Below are positions 35,208-44,101 of a stretch of 64,000 nucleotides of DNA, piece after piece. A program made the translations under genes and the position numbers. How positions within the stretch are numbered: position 1 is the first letter of the stretch; each line of letters starts with the position of its first letter. Under the pieces are notes generated by a model, which was given only the letters and a program-made list of their open reading frames with translations, ran no database searches and was not told where the DNA came from. This stretch comes from a virus (lineage: Duplodnaviria > Caudoviricetes), in the IMG/VR virus record IMGVR_UViG_3300027759_000044; one strand, given 5' to 3'.

Positions 35208-36236
35208 ATGGTTGAATTTAATAACAAAGAACAGTTAGTATATTTTATGGTTACCAACTTAAGATTAAGTAGGTATGATATTAGATTCCTTCAAAATCTT
35301 GAAAAAATTATTCTAGTTAAAAATCGGATAACTAGTAATCAATCAAATTTAGTTGATAAACTTATTGAAAAATATGAACGTCAATTTGTAAAAAATCAAA
35401 TGTTTATTAAGGATTTATCAAAGCTTCCTTGGAAAACACTTGTAGTAGAAACTACCGATGAATATACATCCGCTCATATAGGTATCGTAGATGATAACGT
35501 CATTCTTAAAACACCCTATAATAAAGCATTTATTACAGCATTCAGGAACCTTAGTCAATCTAGTTTTGTATGGGATAATACAAATAAATACTATATTGCT
35601 GATTTGAGTACCTTTTCTTTAAAACTAGCATTACGTATGACTGCAATTTTCTTCAATGAAATTAGGTTTAGTGACAATGTTAACAAAATATTAAACCAGC
35701 AAGAGTATTATAAAGATGTAAAATATTGGACACCCACATTAGTTTGCGTTAATGGGAATTATATGATAGCATCTACTAACTCTGCATTAGATGAAGCTAT
35801 TAAACATATTACTTTAACTACAGAATTAACAACATTAGCTGAACTAGTAAGATACGGAATTGAAATTGATAACAGTATTTTATTAACTGATGAAGAACGA
35901 TTTGCTGGTTCATATAATCCTAAAGTAGAATTAACCAACATATGTGATATTGTTCCTTGGTTAAAAAACATCAAATGTGATTATGTTACTGTATCAGGTG
36001 TGGGACTATCAACTAATGTAAAGTTTAAAAATGATTTAAAACAAGCATTAGAACTTGCAGGAATACGTTATAACGATTCTGCAAGAATGATGATACACGA
36101 TAATACAAGTAAGTATAAATTCCCAGTAGTAATTAAATTCAAATTGATATCTGATACAGATCATGCTAATACAGCAAAAGTAATCACCGTGGTAAATAGT
36201 CAACCAGTTAACTTGGAAAAGAATGAAACAATGTAA
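35208..36236 (+). CDS. Hypothetical protein
   Basis: 342-aa ORF overlapping the helicase start. Confidence 0.7.
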   Translation: MVEFNNKEQLVYFMVTNLRLSRYDIRFLQNLEKIILVKNRITSNQSNLVDKLIEKYERQFVKNQMFIKDLSKLPWKTLVVETTDEYTSAHIGIVDDNVILKTPYNKAFITAFRNLSQSSFVWDNTNKYYIADLSTFSLKLALRMTAIFFNEIRFSDNVNKILNQQEYYKDVKYWTPTLVCVNGNYMIASTNSALDEAIKHITLTTELTTLAELVRYGIEIDNSILLTDEERFAGSYNPKVELTNICDIVPWLKNIKCDYVTVSGVGLSTNVKFKNDLKQALELAGIRYNDSARMMIHDNTSKYKFPVVIKFKLISDTDHANTAKVITVVNSQPVNLEKNETM

Positions 36237-37680
36237 AATAATCGTCAAAGACGAAGTGAATGTAAAGATTGAGGGTCTTGAACTATCGGAGCGCAAAGCA
36301 CTGATGAAAATGTTTGAGTACGAAATACCCGGAGCACGTTATCTACCTGCAGTAAGATTAGGTAGATGGAATGGTAAGGTAAGCTATTTCAGTTTAGCCG
36401 GTAGTACTTATATCAATCTACTACCTGAAATACTCCCTTACCTAGACAATGCAGGATATGACATTGAACTAGAGGATTTAAGAGATTACACAACAACCTT
36501 TACATTCGACAAAGTGTCCGAGGATACGTTCAAAAATAAGAACTGGCCTAAAGGTCATCCCAAAGAAGGTGAACCGGTAGTTTTACGTGATTATCAAATT
36601 GAACTAGTAAACAACTTTTTAGAAAACCCGCAATCATTACAGGAGATTGCTACAGGGGCAGGTAAGACACTAATGACTGCGGCACTAAGTTATACTATAG
36701 AAAAGTATGGTCGTAGTATTGTCATCGTTCCAAACAAGTCACTGGTAACACAAACAGAAGCAGATTACATTAATCTAGGATTAGATGTTGGTGTATATTT
36801 TGGTGATCGTAAAGAATATAACAAAACACATACTATCTGTACTTGGCAAAGTCTTAACAATATGCTTAAGAAAACAAAAGCAGGTGAAGCAGAAGTGGAT
36901 ATTGGAGACTTCATTGAAGGTGTTGTATGTGTGATGGTTGATGAAGTACATATGGCAAAAGCTGACGCACTAAAAACATTGCTAACTGGTGTATTTGCTA
37001 AAGTGCCCATTCGTTGGGGATTAACAGGAACTATCCCTAAAGCAAAGTTTGAAGCACAAAGTATATATGTAAGTTTGGGTAACGTTATTGGTAAACTATC
37101 AGCAAGTGAATTACAGGATCAAGGTGTATTAGCACGTTGTTATGTTAACATTATTCAATTACAAGATGGTAAAGAGTTTACTAACTATCAAAGTGAATTA
37201 AAACATTTACTAGAAGATAGTGAAAGATTGGATAAGATAGCTAGTTTAATAAATGGTATTAATGATACAGGTAACACATTGATCCTTGTTGATAGGGTTA
37301 ATGCAGGAAAAGAGATTGTTAGTAGATTGCCCGGAAGTGTATTTGTCAGTGGTGCTACTAATATGAATGAACGTAAGGAAGAATATGATGAAGTTGCGAC
37401 AAGCACTAATAAAATTATTGTGGCTACTTATGGTGTGGCTGCTGTTGGTATCAATATACCCCGTATTTTTAATCTTGTTCTCATAGAACCCGGAAAAAGT
37501 TTTGTTCGGGTTATACAAAGTATTGGACGTGGGATTAGAAAAGCTGAAGATAAAGACCATGTACAAATCTACGACATAACCAGTAGTTGTAAATTTGCCA
37601 AAAGGCATTTGACCCAACGTAAAGCTTTTTATAAAGAGGCTAATTACCCGTTTGATGTAGAAAAGTTGACTTATAGATAA
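36223..37680 (+). CDS. uvsW: SF2 DNA helicase (UvsW-like)
   Basis: LRDYQ, ATGAGKT, DEVH, GLTGT, QSIGRGIR. Confidence 0.85.
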   Translation: MKQCKIIVKDEVNVKIEGLELSERKALMKMFEYEIPGARYLPAVRLGRWNGKVSYFSLAGSTYINLLPEILPYLDNAGYDIELEDLRDYTTTFTFDKVSEDTFKNKNWPKGHPKEGEPVVLRDYQIELVNNFLENPQSLQEIATGAGKTLMTAALSYTIEKYGRSIVIVPNKSLVTQTEADYINLGLDVGVYFGDRKEYNKTHTICTWQSLNNMLKKTKAGEAEVDIGDFIEGVVCVMVDEVHMAKADALKTLLTGVFAKVPIRWGLTGTIPKAKFEAQSIYVSLGNVIGKLSASELQDQGVLARCYVNIIQLQDGKEFTNYQSELKHLLEDSERLDKIASLINGINDTGNTLILVDRVNAGKEIVSRLPGSVFVSGATNMNERKEEYDEVATSTNKIIVATYGVAAVGINIPRIFNLVLIEPGKSFVRVIQSIGRGIRKAEDKDHVQIYDITSSCKFAKRHLTQRKAFYKEANYPFDVEKLTYR

Positions 37681-38038
37681 AGAAAGTAAAGTAATGAAAT
37701 TTATAGTAGATATTGATGGTACTATCTGTACTGGAACTGAACAACGTGTATACGAAAATGCTAAACCTATTGTTGACCGTATTGAGTATTTTAATAAACT
37801 ATATGATGAAGGTAATGAAATCCATTATTGGACAGCACGTGGAAGTGGAAGTGGAATAAACTGGGATGAACTTACTATTAAACAATTAAATGATTGGGGT
37901 GCTAAGTATACAACCGCTAAAACGGGTAAACCCTCATATGATATATGGATTGACGATAAAGCATTTAATGTTGATAACTATTTTGATTCAATTAAATCCA
38001 ATTACCCAATCAACAAATAAAAGTTGACTTATAGATAA
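37661..38038 (+). repeat. 20-bp direct repeat flanking the HAD gene
   Basis: AAAAGTTGACTTATAGATAA at 37661-37680 and 38019-38038. Confidence 0.9.
37694..38020 (+). CDS. Minimal HAD-superfamily phosphatase
   Basis: DIDGT, YWTARG, GKP..DIWIDDK. Confidence 0.88.
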   Translation: MKFIVDIDGTICTGTEQRVYENAKPIVDRIEYFNKLYDEGNEIHYWTARGSGSGINWDELTIKQLNDWGAKYTTAKTGKPSYDIWIDDKAFNVDNYFDSIKSNYPINK

Positions 38039-38052
38039 GAATGTGATAGAAT
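38024..38052 (+). promoter_or_regulatory. sigma70-type promoter
   Basis: TTGACT-17-TAGAAT. Confidence 0.65.
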
Positions 38053-38058
38053 AACAAC

Positions 38059-38559
38059 ATGCGTATATTAACACTTGAAAACGAATTTTATAATTTAGAG
38101 ACATTGCCGGAGGAAATAGACGACCTTCGCTTTGCGATACTAGATAACAGTAATCCACAAAACGTAGATTATCATTACATCCCATTAATCTTTTTGGAAT
38201 CATTTAACAGTCCTGCACTTGTATTAAAGATCGGGAATCAAACTGTTAAGATGCCAGTAGATTGGCAAATATTGATTGGCGAACAAGAACACGGAGACTT
38301 AGAGACATTGCCTTTAACAAGTATCAATGATAGAGGATTTAATGCGTTTGAGTTTAATCCTTTAACAAGCTTTAGCCCAAGTTTTGTACCAATTGAGATT
38401 GTAGATATTTACCATGATGTGACATGGTATGCACCTAGATTAAAGAATGGCCAATTCTTATGTGTGCCATTAGATGATGGTCCTAAACCAAGATGTGTAT
38501 ATTTTGTAAAAGAGATTAGTCGTAACTGTGAGATTGTAGATTATAGTCAGGCATTCTAA
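38059..38559 (+). CDS. Hypothetical beta-rich protein
   Basis: 166-aa ORF after a promoter. Confidence 0.7.
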   Translation: MRILTLENEFYNLETLPEEIDDLRFAILDNSNPQNVDYHYIPLIFLESFNSPALVLKIGNQTVKMPVDWQILIGEQEHGDLETLPLTSINDRGFNAFEFNPLTSFSPSFVPIEIVDIYHDVTWYAPRLKNGQFLCVPLDDGPKPRCVYFVKEISRNCEIVDYSQAF

Positions 38560-39149
38560 TGGCAACTAAAAAGAGTACTCCTATTGATGAGAAATTTGTA
38601 GCACAAGACTTTGACTTGTTTGATGCTCTTACGGCTATGGACAAGAAAGACTATGCGTATTATGATAGGTTAACAGAAGAACAACAAAAGAAGTTTGTTC
38701 CCTATATGATGACACATTGGATGAGTGCTATCAAAGGTTCAGGAGATGTTCAAGGTTATTACTTGCGTAGTGTTGACTATCACGCAAATAAATATCTATT
38801 CAATGAATATGTACAGAAGCATCCTAAATTGCAATGGTATATGTTATGTGCTAGTAGTCCTGGATTAGGCAAACAATTTCATCAGTGGATTCCTCATTTA
38901 GGTAGTAAAGTAACATCATTAAAAGAGCCTGCTAAAGCAAAAGATATTAAAGAATATTACACTAAAATCTATCCCAAAGTAGATAGCGATGATATTGATG
39001 AGATAGCAAAAGCATTTGTACAAGAACATAAACGTAAATGCTATTTGGCAGAAACATACCCTAACTTAAAACAATCTGATATAGAAGTTCTTAGTCAATT
39101 GGTGACTGAAGAAGATATTAAGCAATATGAAAAAGACCGAGGAAACTAA
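38559..39149 (+). CDS. Possible clamp-loader small subunit (T4 gp62-like)
   Basis: KFVPYMM..WMS and HPKLQW.ML...PG.GKQFHQWI echo gp62 as recalled. Confidence 0.45.
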   Translation: MATKKSTPIDEKFVAQDFDLFDALTAMDKKDYAYYDRLTEEQQKKFVPYMMTHWMSAIKGSGDVQGYYLRSVDYHANKYLFNEYVQKHPKLQWYMLCASSPGLGKQFHQWIPHLGSKVTSLKEPAKAKDIKEYYTKIYPKVDSDDIDEIAKAFVQEHKRKCYLAETYPNLKQSDIEVLSQLVTEEDIKQYEKDRGN

Positions 39150-39825
39150 ATCAGCATATGGATGTGAGTTTTGTAAAGCTACGTTCCAACGTGAAAGTAC
39201 TGTACTTAAACACATATGCGAACCTAAACGTAGATGGTTAGAACGTGACCGTCAAGGTAATCGTGTAGGTTTCCAAGCTTGGTTACAGTTTTATAAGAAG
39301 AATACTGCAGGTACAAAGAATCGTACATATGAAGAATTCATTAAGAATCCTTATTACCTTGCGTTCATTAAGTTTGGTCTATATTGTGTAGAGATTAAAT
39401 GTATCAATGTTAGTAGATTTAGTGATTGGTTATTAAAGAATTCAATTCGCATTGACAATTGGAGACAAGATACTAATTACACAAAGTTCTTGTGTGAATA
39501 TTTGCGTATTGAAGATCCGTTAGATGCGATACATCGTAGTATTGAAATAACAATAGAAAAAGCTGAAGCTGAAAAGATTCAAAGCAGAGATTATTTACGT
39601 TATGGCAATCCTAACAATATATGTTATGAGATTGCTAGAGGACGAATTAGTCCCTGGATGTTATATCAAAGTGATAGTGGTGTCCAATTCTTAAGTACAT
39701 TACGTGATGACCAGCAGAAGATGATTATGGATTACATTAATCCAGAGCAATGGGCATTAAAGTTCAATCGTGATCCTGCGAATGTTAAACAAGTTAAGGA
39801 ATTATTAAATGCCGGCGGCTATTAA
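39127..39825 (+). CDS. Hypothetical protein with N-terminal Zn finger
   Basis: CEFC-x12-HIC. Confidence 0.65.
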   Translation: MKKTEETKSAYGCEFCKATFQRESTVLKHICEPKRRWLERDRQGNRVGFQAWLQFYKKNTAGTKNRTYEEFIKNPYYLAFIKFGLYCVEIKCINVSRFSDWLLKNSIRIDNWRQDTNYTKFLCEYLRIEDPLDAIHRSIEITIEKAEAEKIQSRDYLRYGNPNNICYEIARGRISPWMLYQSDSGVQFLSTLRDDQQKMIMDYINPEQWALKFNRDPANVKQVKELLNAGGY

Positions 39826-40465
39826 AATACCAAAAACTATTCACATAGTTTGGATAGGTGACGAATCTAAAATACCTAGTGATTGTATTAAAACTTGGGT
39901 CGATCTTAATACTACCTGGATAGTTAAAGTCTGGGGTAACACTGAATATTATAACTATCCATGGAGAAATCGAGAGGCTATGGACAAACTTTGGGATGAT
40001 GACAAGTTTGAAATTAGTCGTAAGAGTGGTATTGCTGATATTATGCGCTATGAAATTTTATACAACGAGGGTGGATTTTGTATTGATGCCGATTCAACAT
40101 GTATCAAACCATTAGAAGATTGGTTATTTGACGCAGAAGCTTGTGCTGGATGGGAAAATGAAACAGCGCGGCCAGGACTTATTGCTGTTGGATACATGGC
40201 ATCAATTCCCAATAATTTATTTTTTAACAGAATTATTGATGAAATATATAACGATCCTGATATTACAGATAATTTACCTTGGATCAAAACCGGACCACTT
40301 AGATTAACCAACGCATATAATTCGCTAAAATACAATAATCTAAAAATCTGGCCATCACACTATTTTATACCAACTCACTATACCGGGATATCCCATACAG
40401 GAAATGGTCCGATATTTGGTATACAAGAGTGGATGACTACATTTGCTTCAGCAAGGAATTATTAA
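39809..40465 (+). CDS. DXD glycosyltransferase (Gly_transf_sug/OCH1-like)
   Basis: IPKTIHIVWIG, ADIMRYEILYNEGGFCIDAD, TGP..LT. Confidence 0.88.
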   Translation: MPAAIKIPKTIHIVWIGDESKIPSDCIKTWVDLNTTWIVKVWGNTEYYNYPWRNREAMDKLWDDDKFEISRKSGIADIMRYEILYNEGGFCIDADSTCIKPLEDWLFDAEACAGWENETARPGLIAVGYMASIPNNLFFNRIIDEIYNDPDITDNLPWIKTGPLRLTNAYNSLKYNNLKIWPSHYFIPTHYTGISHTGNGPIFGIQEWMTTFASARNY

Positions 40466-40660
40466 ATGTCGGCGGGTACTAGAGTTCGTATATCCTGGAA
40501 AAAGGGAGATATAATCGATTGGAATGAAACCTGTGCCTGGGTAGTAGAACAATTTGGATTACCCGGTGACAAGTTTGAAACACATGCTACTGAAGATTAT
40601 ATGGATTTTTACTTCAAAGATGAAAAAGATGCCATTCTATTTGAGTTGACCTGTGGCTGA
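40466..40660 (+). CDS. Small paralogue family member
   Basis: Ends FYFKDEKDAILFELTCG. Confidence 0.65.
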   Translation: MSAGTRVRISWKKGDIIDWNETCAWVVEQFGLPGDKFETHATEDYMDFYFKDEKDAILFELTCG

Positions 40661-40868
40661 CGTTATCTTATATATTACTGCTAAAAGAACTATGGAAATA
40701 GGACATGAGTTACGAAACATGGGTTATGTTCAAGGAGTTGATTTTGATTATGCTTATTACCAAGAAAAATATGACAATTTTAGCCATGAACCTATTGTAA
40801 AACGACATGCAAGGTTTACTTTTTACAATGATAGTAATGCTAGTTACTTTGCACTAAAATGGCAATGA
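40653..40868 (+). CDS. Small paralogue family member
   Basis: Ends FTFYNDSNASYFALKWQ. Confidence 0.65.
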   Translation: MADVILYITAKRTMEIGHELRNMGYVQGVDFDYAYYQEKYDNFSHEPIVKRHARFTFYNDSNASYFALKWQ

Positions 40869-41101
40869 TAATTGAACATTATGATTATGCTGTAGGTTGG
40901 GAAAATACTAAACCCGGCTGGCATGAATGTACTGTACATGTTAAACATCTTGACAAATATAATGAAATAGTTAAATGGTTAGAAACTAATATAGGTAAAC
41001 ATGAAAGACATTGTAGATGGGGCATAACTGATGATGACCTAATCAGCTTTAAGTTTAGATATGAAAAAGATTACATTTTGTTTACGTTGAGGTGGAGTTG
41101 A
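40859..41101 (+). CDS. Small paralogue family member
   Basis: Ends FKFRYEKDYILFTLRWS. Confidence 0.65.
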   Translation: MAMIIEHYDYAVGWENTKPGWHECTVHVKHLDKYNEIVKWLETNIGKHERHCRWGITDDDLISFKFRYEKDYILFTLRWS

Positions 41102-41367
41102 TGGCATCAATACCTCAAATACAGGATTATGATGATGACGATCCAAATATAGAACAACGTAAAAATCGTTGGAATTATTGGGAAGCATTGAAAAAAGTTC
41201 GTAAAGAATATATGGCACAGAATAAAGAGTTTGACGCATATGATTTTGAGGATTACCTTACTGGACAATATGGGTTAAAAATGAACATAGTTAATGGTAA
41301 CATAACTGACGGTTATGAGATTGTTGACGAAAAGAAGTATCTAATATTTTTATTAAAATTCCAATGA
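41101..41367 (+). CDS. Small paralogue family member
   Basis: Ends IVDEKKYLIFLLKFQ; ATG 41101. Confidence 0.6.
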   Translation: MASIPQIQDYDDDDPNIEQRKNRWNYWEALKKVRKEYMAQNKEFDAYDFEDYLTGQYGLKMNIVNGNITDGYEIVDEKKYLIFLLKFQ

Positions 41368-41720
41368 ATCAATTATTTCCCATAACCTCTGTACAAAACG
41401 ATAAATTTCTAGTATCATGGCCTAAATGGGAGAACATCCGACAGTTTGACACAAAGAAAAGATTATTGGCTGTGTTGTTTGCTGATATCGGTAGTGATGA
41501 AGTTGGTATTGCAATAATGGCTGGTGTACTAAGTGGTGGAGAACTAGATGTTATGTGGATTAATTCAAACACTTGGGCACAAGATGTTAACGGCGACTAT
41601 GCTAGATACCTAGAAGATATGTATGATATCAAAGGCGTAGTATTTAATAGTGAAGATGAAGCAACAAAGTTTCAAGATTACTTAGAGAAGAAATATATTT
41701 GGAAAACATTACAGGCATAA
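41364..41720 (+). CDS. Hypothetical protein, possible distant family member
   Basis: VFNSEDEATKF near the C-terminus. Confidence 0.6.
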   Translation: MNQLFPITSVQNDKFLVSWPKWENIRQFDTKKRLLAVLFADIGSDEVGIAIMAGVLSGGELDVMWINSNTWAQDVNGDYARYLEDMYDIKGVVFNSEDEATKFQDYLEKKYIWKTLQA

Positions 41721-41721
41721 T

Positions 41722-42264
41722 ATGGCACAAGATATAATGATTGATATGGAAACGCTTGACACAAGTCCTGATTGTGTTATACTAACTATTGGCGCAGTAA
41801 GATTTGATCCTAAATGTAGTGGAGTTGTTGAGCGATTAGAATTGCGACCTACAATTGAAGAACAAACAGAAATTTATAATAGGAGTATAAATGAAGATAC
41901 ATTACGATGGTGGAGTGAGCAAAGTCCTGAAGCTCTTGAAGAGGCTATGGGAGAAACTGGACGAATTCCGTTTAGAGAATGTATGGAGATACTTTATAAG
42001 TTTTGTTGGAATCGTCGTGCTGTGTGGAGTAATGGTGCATCATTTGACGTGGTTGTGGCAGAGTCGGCCTGGAGAAATCTTGAAATGCGAACCCCGTGGC
42101 CTTTTTATACAGTCAGAGATACTCGTACCTTGTATGAGATTGCCGGAGTCAAATTAAAAGATGGCGGGCATGTCACCAGTCATAAAGCAGTAGAAGATGC
42201 TGAACGACAAGCCATTGTTGTACAAAAAGCGTATACCAAATTAGGATTAAGTAATGAGAATTGA
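41722..42264 (+). CDS. DEDDh 3'-5' exonuclease
   Basis: IDMET, NGASFD, RDTRT, HKAVEDA. Confidence 0.88.
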   Translation: MAQDIMIDMETLDTSPDCVILTIGAVRFDPKCSGVVERLELRPTIEEQTEIYNRSINEDTLRWWSEQSPEALEEAMGETGRIPFRECMEILYKFCWNRRAVWSNGASFDVVVAESAWRNLEMRTPWPFYTVRDTRTLYEIAGVKLKDGGHVTSHKAVEDAERQAIVVQKAYTKLGLSNEN

Positions 42265-42817
42265 TAGTGATATTGACATTGACTTCGGAGATAGAGATAC
42301 TCTATTAAAATTAATACCTCACACAAGAGCGGCAATGCGTAATGTTAAGCCTATACGTAATCATGCCACTGGAGTTTATATTACTGACGTACCATATGAT
42401 CCAGTACACAATATAGCAAGTATTGACTATACTTCCGCAGATAAACGTGGATATTTCAAATTAGATTTATTGAACGTTCATGTTTATAATCAGGTTCGTG
42501 ATGAAGCACATCTTATAGAATTGATGAGAGAACCCAAATGGAGTAAACTTAAAGATCCTGTATTTGTAGAAAAATTGATTCATTTGAATAATCAGTACTA
42601 TAATCTACAAAAGATGCGAGAACCAGTAGATAGTATTCCTAGATTAGCTATGTTTTTAGCTGTTATTCGCCCCGGTAAAAAGCATCTAATAGGTAAACAA
42701 TGGAGTGATATTGCTAAAACTGTATGGGATAAGGGAACTGATGGATATACTTTTAAGAAGTCACATGCCATAAGTTATTCATGGCTTGTTGCAGTTCATA
42801 TGAATTTGTTAGGGTAA
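42254..42817 (+). CDS. Miniature DNA polymerase III alpha (DnaE)-like protein
   Basis: SDIDIDF, HATGVYI, GYFKLDLL, LAVIRPG and GYTFKKSHAISY occur in DnaE order within 187 aa. Confidence 0.8.
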   Translation: MRIDSDIDIDFGDRDTLLKLIPHTRAAMRNVKPIRNHATGVYITDVPYDPVHNIASIDYTSADKRGYFKLDLLNVHVYNQVRDEAHLIELMREPKWSKLKDPVFVEKLIHLNNQYYNLQKMREPVDSIPRLAMFLAVIRPGKKHLIGKQWSDIAKTVWDKGTDGYTFKKSHAISYSWLVAVHMNLLG

Positions 42818-43188
42818 ACGTTTTACTAAAGTAATACTACGGCGTTTACTTCTACGTTTGTTTAATTCAATTATACTACATACAGGACCATGTAGTATTG
42901 TGAGACTTTTGTTATTAAACGTTCTAATATAGGGCCTAAAGATACTCCATTCGTCTTTTAAAAATAGATTTATGGGGATTAATCTATTAGATTCCCACCA
43001 CCAAACATCTCCTAGTTCTAGGAATTTCTCTTTAATTACATTATCTATTATAGCACCGTAGTCGTATATAGTGGTAACTATATCGTCTCGGTTCTGGACA
43101 ATTCCCACATAATCCTGATTTGCGTAGGAGCAAATAGTTATGAAGGGATGATTTTCGCCTAAGCGTTTAAAAAACTCGTTTTGTATCA
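42809..43188 (-). CDS. Hypothetical protein
   Basis: Minus-strand ORF with ATAAATA upstream; start placed at MIQNEFF. Confidence 0.65.
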
Positions 43189-43284
43189 TTAAAATTATAG
43201 TCTCGGATATATTTATCACCCTTCCCAAACCATTAATAAAATAATATATATGGGAGACTAAATACACAATAGGAGATTACATTT

Positions 43285-44052
43285 GTGTACTCAACCCAAG
43301 TTTTCGTTTATACACAACGCCAGATCGTTGTATTATTATCAGGATATTCGCCAAGGAGTTATATGCCTCAGTATGCCAAGCCACTGACCCTACACAAAGG
43401 TGTAGACAATCAAATACAGTTTCAGTTCCTTAATCAGCAACAGAAACCGGTAGATATCACAGGTAAATCTATTGTATGTAGAATTATTAACAATACCGGT
43501 GGTGCGGTGCTATTACAAAAAGCATTAACACTACAATTACCAGCGACAGGTATTGCAGCCTTAGAATTAAATCCTGCTGATATAGCCAGCTTTGATGCAC
43601 AAAAATGTTACTATTCATTAGAAATCCCAACCGGAGAGTTTGACTTCCCTGTATTTGTAGACCAAAATGCAGGAGCACGTGGTGATTTGAATATAGTTAA
43701 TAGCATCCTTCCTAGCTTTATTCCTTCAATGGAAGTATCTATTCCTACAGGACAGGCATTTCCTAATACCAACGCCAATGGTAATAGCGATAGCAATTTG
43801 ATATATTATACAAGCGTTATTACTACCAGTGATGCTAGCATATTGACAATACAAGCTGAGTATAGTGACTATTATGGCAATATTGCTATTGAAGGTTCTA
43901 CTATTGTCGACGGAGATTGGTATCCAATTTTTGCCGACACATATGAAGAAGTAACCGATACAAAAGGGTATGTTGTAGAAGGCTTTCACCCATATATCAG
44001 AATGCAATTTGAAAGCAATGCCGGTGCAGTAACAAATATATTGACAAGATAA
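43285..44052 (+). CDS. Hypothetical, probably structural, beta-rich protein
   Basis: AGGAG RBS, GTG start. Confidence 0.6.
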   Translation: MYSTQVFVYTQRQIVVLLSGYSPRSYMPQYAKPLTLHKGVDNQIQFQFLNQQQKPVDITGKSIVCRIINNTGGAVLLQKALTLQLPATGIAALELNPADIASFDAQKCYYSLEIPTGEFDFPVFVDQNAGARGDLNIVNSILPSFIPSMEVSIPTGQAFPNTNANGNSDSNLIYYTSVITTSDASILTIQAEYSDYYGNIAIEGSTIVDGDWYPIFADTYEEVTDTKGYVVEGFHPYIRMQFESNAGAVTNILTR

Positions 44053-44101
44053 ACAACCATAGTTGTTGATATCTTTGTTAGAGTATGTTATACTACTACT
44101 A

